This document shows, one piece after another, positions 59,101-64,000 of a DNA stretch of 64,000 nt (positions are counted from its first letter, which is position 1; each line of letters begins with the position of its first letter). The translations under genes were made by a program, and so were the position numbers. The DNA lies in contig CAJFCJ010000068.1 in NCBI GenBank assembly GCA_904063045.1, positions 78,453 through 142,452 of the forward strand. Direction: 5' to 3'. The notes under the pieces are model-generated. The model was not told the origin of the DNA and did not search any database. It saw nothing but the letters and a program-made list of their open reading frames with translations. This DNA is from Dimorphilus gyrociliatus. Its lineage: Eukaryota; Animalia; Annelida.

Positions 59101-59222
59101 CAAGTGAGAGCACAGATAACTCTCCTGAAAACCCAAAACTAATGAAACAAAGTTGTAGCTTTAGTCAACATCAAACTAATGAAGAAGAACAACCACCTGT
59201 AATTCTCATTAAATCAAGATGA
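56055..59222 (+). CDS. env: Uninterrupted 1055-codon ORF: PR2 C-terminus, acidic linker, class III-like envelope glycoprotein (ATG plus signal peptide at 56802)
   Basis: Signal-like MKQMLWLPLVMTVMVICGCIHS. AVKC...YYFFG.K...DQC (rhabdovirus G fusion-domain pattern). LC...LANLDP.....LG......GELAIIKQC (gB/chuvirus-G pattern). C-terminal TM ICLSIVVSMVCIIIFNYII and cytoplasmic tail. Confidence 0.85.
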   Translation: MENLDIAIILGCDFLQTVGANLNFEAKQCSLKFDRRKGNLAERIRQPQLNKVTIAMMGQHDSSSESSDSDDSEMEVTNSDTGYDTSNTFKTDSNYSLNEPSSSSESDDTETNNELDQNTDSEANIISDREDEISSSDDESIIIESEIIDITHSDNESIIIEGEIIDITHSDNESLIVVDSSQDEKENTSDTDNESVIFLDETKIISEPIRFPTRSGTTIYRVRRWNNYQSGQQHKIFNHSTIANTGRANMKQMLWLPLVMTVMVICGCIHSITVPKPSYQGAHVTSANITLTFKPPLYFCSNQLPSQAFDLADEPTCNIESQETKTITADIYELNLEEIETRAVKCQVYLRTNFYTYYFFGAKKRRIVNSVIKVTHDQCRQMIKDKRSFQGKPLMVKRNTWIHQDQFPAAYTWPTTTKVLEYTTIIQFGKAYWQPPNMKITTNLDYLEDCLPGQSYCETEEAIIVFRNLKNNYTLGQQSPWIKISNRISCIKFAGHYSCPGYSILDIPYQDKFIDGIGGPGTKVLVPLEEQSLIQETSKEHLYNLLQYQKIGKNEEKRLLNYPNKVKEQIILYKRNNPLPSLNQWYRETNTKYKLMRNKGTLKEVVIYHLQQPISPSYWELDNYYIQEMLQAVNWTRATRQSVTISKYVYSEKRIKKKVLPTLGIWYKGPPAREFKITYEGIYFTLHMRMAKKQMKKEAKLKHKISKNPYHKFPLEMREAAQTSTLLHGIDSNFKNLKKFTQQLSSLLCNQFVQRSRMMALLANLDPQLTTVLTNELGMHSSQMGELAIIKQCSPIASTEVVCDLSMIKKNNKCSQFLLVTMNNLLFQVEPVTHVLQQVNPEEITYNECKSNKLFYKTTHNPLNPIRNQPMKDKTYVYYSERGCRFHTVSAKSMQLHIHNHLSEPKIEIARLADLLHHGVKKDIAYQHSKIKQVISSLEQKQARYDNMVTVAEKNGIVPNLSGLKQFFHSWYYKPGKTLYVIIRNICLSIVVSMVCIIIFNYIIGRRKQREEIATPSESTDNSPENPKLMKQSCSFSQHQTNEEEQPPVILIKSR

Positions 59223-59238
59223 AGGGACTCATCTTCAC

Positions 59239-59252
59239 AAAGAAGGGGGAAG
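59239..59252 (+). promoter_or_regulatory. Polypurine tract
   Basis: AAAGAAGGGGGAAG immediately before the 3' LTR. Confidence 0.9.
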
Positions 59253-59253
59253 T

Positions 59254-59888
59254 TGTACAACTTTGGTTATATTTTACATGCTTGAACTCTATTATTTTAT
59301 GCAACATATACATGTACATCTTAAAACCTACGCAAGAAAATGCTATAACATTGGCCAAACATAAGTCTGATTAGTCAGCTTGAAGGTTCATCTTTAATTA
59401 CCAATAAAGGTTTGGCCAAGTTATAATTTAATTAACTTGCCTAGGGTGTGGCCAAGTTATAATTCAATTAACCTTCCTAAATGTTGAACCTTGTAACATC
59501 CTGTTACTAAAGATAAATATGAACTACACATTTTGGCAACTGTAAAGTGATGATTGGATGTCAGAGACAAACCTCAAAGTATATAAATCCTCATTATTCT
59601 CATTTGGCATGCAGCTTCCATCTGGACCCAAGGACCTGGGAAAATCATCTGGAAACAACCTCCACTGGAACCATCCATCTACTCCTCAACATTGGAAGAC
59701 AGTTTGGTAATTTGGCAACCTGCTATTACAAACTATCTACTCTGCTATTGAACTCTCATATTGTTACTTGCTTAAGTATTATTATTGCGAATAAACCATT
59801 TTAATTTAAACATTTGTTTAAAGGTTCGAGTAGAACCAGTATTGTTATAACTTGCAAACGCATAGATTTTGCCAGCAAGAGCAGTACA
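59254..59888 (+). repeat. 3' LTR
   Basis: 635-bp direct repeat of 50624-51258; 631/635 identical, no indels seen. Confidence 0.97.
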
Positions 59889-60826
59889 ATAATATATTAA
59901 TATCATTGTTTGCTTATATTCACTGTGTATTCACTGTGCCCTAGAAAATAAGTAGGTCAAGTTAAGTAGGTCATTCAGGAATTTGTGTAAATTAAACAGT
60001 AAAATAAAAAGTAAATGAAGATAATAGGATGGTTATATCTCTTTCGAATATGTAAAGGATTATATATTAATTTGTGCAAGTGTAGGATGTTAATTTTTCC
60101 CAATTGAAGTAATTTAATAATATATTAAGGTATTGAAATACTATTCTTAATGTTAAAATTTTCGATAATATTTCTCAACTTTAACATACAGTTTTTCATA
60201 AATGGCATGTTTAATTTATTTGAAAATTGGAAACATATTGACAGTTGAACTTTTCAGCAATTAGCTCCTAACTAAATATTAATTTTCTTTTTTTGTTTTC
60301 AATAATATGGAGTCTTTGATAGTTAAAGTTAAGTAGTATAATGCAGTTTCTACAACAATTGCTAATAAGCTTAAGAATTTTAGGTTAGGTCCAAAAGTAT
60401 TTGAACTCAATGCTTGTATTTTTCTTTTCCATGTAAAAATATTTTTTTCAAGTCATGTGACCTAATTTGTTATCGAGGCTTGTGCCATATTATTGGAAAT
60501 TCTATGGCGATTATTTTTTTAAAAAATGAGCAAAACCTGTCCAGTAGTTTAGGAGAAAACTTACAAAACAGTTTTAAGTGGAAAAGTAGAATATTACTAT
60601 TGTTTTGTCTAATTTTCTAATTATCCCAGATGAAAAGTAGGTGATGTTAAGTAGGTCATTCATGAATTTGCAGCAAGTAAATAGCTATATTTGTTTTGAA
60701 TTGTATGGAGGAGTCTTGGATGATTAAAGTTCAACAGCACTATGCAGTTTTCATAAGAATTGAGAATAGCATTGATGATTTTGATGAAACAGATGCATTT
60801 ATCCTGTATATAAGATTATGTGAAAA

Positions 60827-61783
60827 GGGAACAACAGAAGTCGCCCAGGGCAGAAGTCGCCCAGGACAGAAGTCGCCCAGAAATTGATAGAAGTCGCCCA
60901 GAGCTGTGACAGAAGTCGCCCAGAACTGTGATAGAAGTCGCCCAGGACTATGACAGAAGTCGCCTAGAACTGTAGAAGACATAATGTGTTTGTTCTTTGT
61001 TTCTATTGATTTCTGACAATTGAAATATATAATAAGTATTAATAAATATAGAATGCATCATTTAATAATAACTAAATAGTGAATGAATTAAATAATAAAA
61101 TACTGGCATTCTGTTGAAGGTTTCACATAAATATCATTTATTTGCTTAAACTTGTGCACAAACTTGAGGTTCTATTTGGATCAGTACAGCAGAAAATTCC
61201 CACAATCACAATACAAAGTACAGTATTGAGTTTTAAACTAAAAATCTTATGCATTTCATTTAATTTATTAAATTTGTTTCTACATTCAAAGCAGAATTTT
61301 GCCATGTTCATCAATTTCTTTCAAATACCTCTTATGTCAAAGATCATGAGAATTAAAAAAAAATTGTAAGATATATACATGATTTTAAAGAGACTAATAT
61401 TTTTATCAAAACAATTGTTACTTTTGAAGGATTACAATGCAGAAAATCACTTAATTCGAATAGCTAACAATTCAATTTTCACAACAAATCAAGTGGTAAA
61501 ACATTACTCTACAAAAAAAACTGGTAAAACAATTTCTTTCATTATCACTCAGAGATTACAAATAATAAATACAAACTACTTCATAAATTATTTTCATATA
61601 TTTTGCATTTTATTAAGCATACTGTAAACTTCTAGTACACTTCTGGGCGACTTCTGTCATAGTCCTGGGTGACTTCTATCACACTTCTGGGCGACTTCTG
61701 TCACAGCTCTGGGCGACTTCTATCAATGTCTGGGCGACTTCTGTCCTGGGCGACTTCTGCCCTGGGCGACTTCTGTCGTATTC
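60827..61783. mobile_element. MULE-like foldback element with tandem AGAAGTCGCCCAG units in both arms
   Basis: About 7 units in each inverted arm; perfect 9-bp TSD ATGTGAAAA (60818-26, 61784-92); 957 bp; no coding capacity. Confidence 0.92.
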
Positions 61784-63613
61784 ATGTGAAAAGCATATGG
61801 TTAGTTTTGATGAGATTATTCAATAAGGAGACCAATGATTATATGCAGTCTGCATTGAATTGCTGTGTTCAAAAGATCTCAACAATCAAGAGAAAGCTTG
61901 AAGAGAAAGATGGCTTTGAAATTAGTTCCAAGAAGATGCTGGATATATTTGGAATTGATATTTGTAATTATTGGAAATAAGTTAATATTTTTTTCTTGTT
62001 TTTTGTTGAATGAAATGTTAATAATATTAATAAATATTTTACTTCTTTCTTTGTTTCTTACAAAGAAATGAATTTGCTTCAAATTTCATAGAGAAATGGT
62101 ATGAAATAAGGCTATATTTACTAATTAATATATAGGACAATTGTTGATTGGCTGATCAATTCGCCATGGGAGGTAATAGCTATTAGGTCAGTAGTTGAAT
62201 TTTTGTAATTGCTATATCCTACCATCTTCTTTTATATAGATATACTTTTGATATAAATTAATATATACATTACATACCTCCTGTTACTTTTTCACCTAAA
62301 TTTAACCCTTTAAATTACATAAGAGTTGGTGAACTTGTCAAAAAGGACCCTTTATTGTTCTCTATTAAGGTCTTCTTGATAAGAGAAGTGTAAACAAAAC
62401 TTAATTATCAAGTGCTTTATCTTGACATGATTGTGGTTCTCAAAACAATGTTAGTTCGTGGGAATGAAAAACCAAGGTTAATTTAACTATCATTTATACC
62501 ATTTATGGTAAAAATATGTTTGATAACTTTCACATGACCAATTTTAACCAAAATTATATCATTTTCGGTTGAAATTTTATGTAGAATTCAAATATCTTAA
62601 CTAAATTACAATATTCAGAAAAAGAAAATTTTTAATAACAATTTTATTGATTTTCCTCTTCTTTTTATAGAAAAAAGGGGTGATAACTTTAAAGAAAACA
62701 AGTAATAAAGAATAGAAAAGAGGTGAAATTTGTTAATAAAACAAATATCATTTCATTCAAATTTTTTGTTTTTCATATCAAAAGTATGCTTTTATATACC
62801 TATGTTCTAATGAATAAAACATATTTGATATTTTTAGAAATGAAATTGTCTTGATAAAACTGTTTGTACACGTATCTTCTTAATATTATCCAAATTAACT
62901 TCATATTGGCATATATCATTTCTTTAAATGTCATGTGGGTGGAGTTTCCCTTCCTAAAGAAAAGCAATTGGCCAATCAGGAGACAGCATTGCATGGTGGA
63001 CTATATATATACTGGAACATTCTCATTCTTTCACTTACAATCCATTTGGCTTTGATTTCGTAAGGAAGGTAATTCTCTACTAAATATATACAAAATTAAT
63101 GTGTTTTTTCATTTACAGAATCTTACTCATCCAGTTGGCTTGCTATTTTCTTCAAATTTTGAAGTCTATCTGTTAACTATTAATCAGGTATTATGTATAT
63201 TATATTATATATTTATTGGTACAATTTCTTATTTATTTACTTTTTGTTTCAGCTCTTCTTCTGTCTCCTTCATTCCTTCATTCCTCCCTTCCTTCCTTAC
63301 TTCCTTCAATTCTTCCTATCTACATCAGAAGTTTGCTAAGAAATCATTAAAATGTGAGTGTTTCTATATTGTTTTGTCCTGTTCCTCTCCTCTGCAGTTG
63401 AATTTTCCACTGCAAGGTTGTAAACTCTTTTTTGTATACTTCAATATAGGCAAGCATATGGGAAAATGAAAATTCTAAGCACTTTCTTAACTTCTTTTTT
63501 GCTGTTTAACATTGAATTCGTCTAGATTAAAGATTTTCTTGGACAATCTTTAAATTTGATATTTCTTTGATTGTTAAACAGTATAACTTAAAGTTAAAGT
63601 GTTCTATTTGTAG

Positions 63614-64000
63614 GAGTTTAGCAAGATTTTTAAATATAAAATTGAATCCTTGCTACAGATGACAACTTTTGTTAATGATCTCATTGAAGAAGTTAACAGT
63701 ACATTATATGAGATAATTGCTTATTATGACATAGATATGCTATCAGAACCAACAATGTATTCATACTTTTGCAATCATCATATTCATCAATTAAGCTATG
63801 CTCAAGATATTATAGCACTTATATATGACTATAATGAACATACTGATTTAAATAATATTCAAGGAGATGTAATTACAGATGAAATGCAGGATAAAATTTT
63901 CAAAACAATTATAAATATTGATACTGTAATGAATTTAAAAGACATTCTTATTGAATGTGATTTAGATAAATTACCAAATGACTTTCTATTTAGTCTACAG
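63614..64000 (+). CDS. Open frame of unknown function running off the window end
   Basis: Stop-free from 63614 (after TTGTAG) to 64000; ATG at 63659 (MTTFVNDLIEEVNSTLYEII...); acidic; no recognisable motif. Confidence 0.4.

Larger units (their letters stand above)
50624..59888 (+). mobile_element. Full-length Ty3/Gypsy LTR retrotransposon with env (endogenous retrovirus-like), 9265 bp
   Basis: Two 635-bp LTRs, PBS, PPT, domain order gag-PR-RT-RH-IN, plus a second protease and env. No TSD (TATTC vs ATAAT). Confidence 0.97.

Noticed and set aside
55820-59222. PR2-env block as an independent nested element
   Set aside because: No internal LTR, PBS or TSD seen; the frame runs on from the integrase tail, and the PPT and 3' LTR follow env directly. 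Not fully excluded without other copies.
60827-61783. AGAAGTCGCCCAG repeat arrays as a CRISPR array
   Set aside because: Cores are 13 nt with short, related spacers, arranged as inverted arms with a 9-bp TSD, in a eukaryotic context with no cas genes. This is a foldback transposon.

Overview
AT-rich eukaryotic (invertebrate animal) DNA with short GT-AG introns (~50-80 bp) and three assembly gaps. No prokaryotic, rRNA, tRNA-gene or CRISPR signal. Positions 1-50.4 kb hold a birth-and-death cluster of receptor and secreted-protein genes. These include intact and broken class A GPCRs, several SRCR-like/(C-type lectin)/LDLa/LRR/7TM receptor genes of the GRL101/LGR type C kind, a tandem fucolectin-like protein, a divergent M13 peptidase and a GDPH/ITIH-C-like protein. 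Interleaved with them are an intact DD34D mariner, a dead DD34E Tc1, two MULE-like non-autonomous families with 9-bp TSDs (one carrying telomere-like CCCTAA repeats), solo LTRs, and a Bel/Pao fragment split by a ~2.3-kb inversion. The main feature is a full-length Ty3/Gypsy element at 50624-59888 (635-bp LTRs with 4 differences, tRNA-Ser PBS, PPT). After integrase it carries a SECOND aspartic protease, then an acidic linker and a class III (gB/chuvirus/rhabdovirus-G-like) envelope glycoprotein, apparently once all in one Pol-PR2-Env frame. Gag-pol is riddled with 1-nt frameshifts, while the 1055-codon linker/env ORF is uninterrupted. All family assignments are by motif recognition by eye; no database searches were run.
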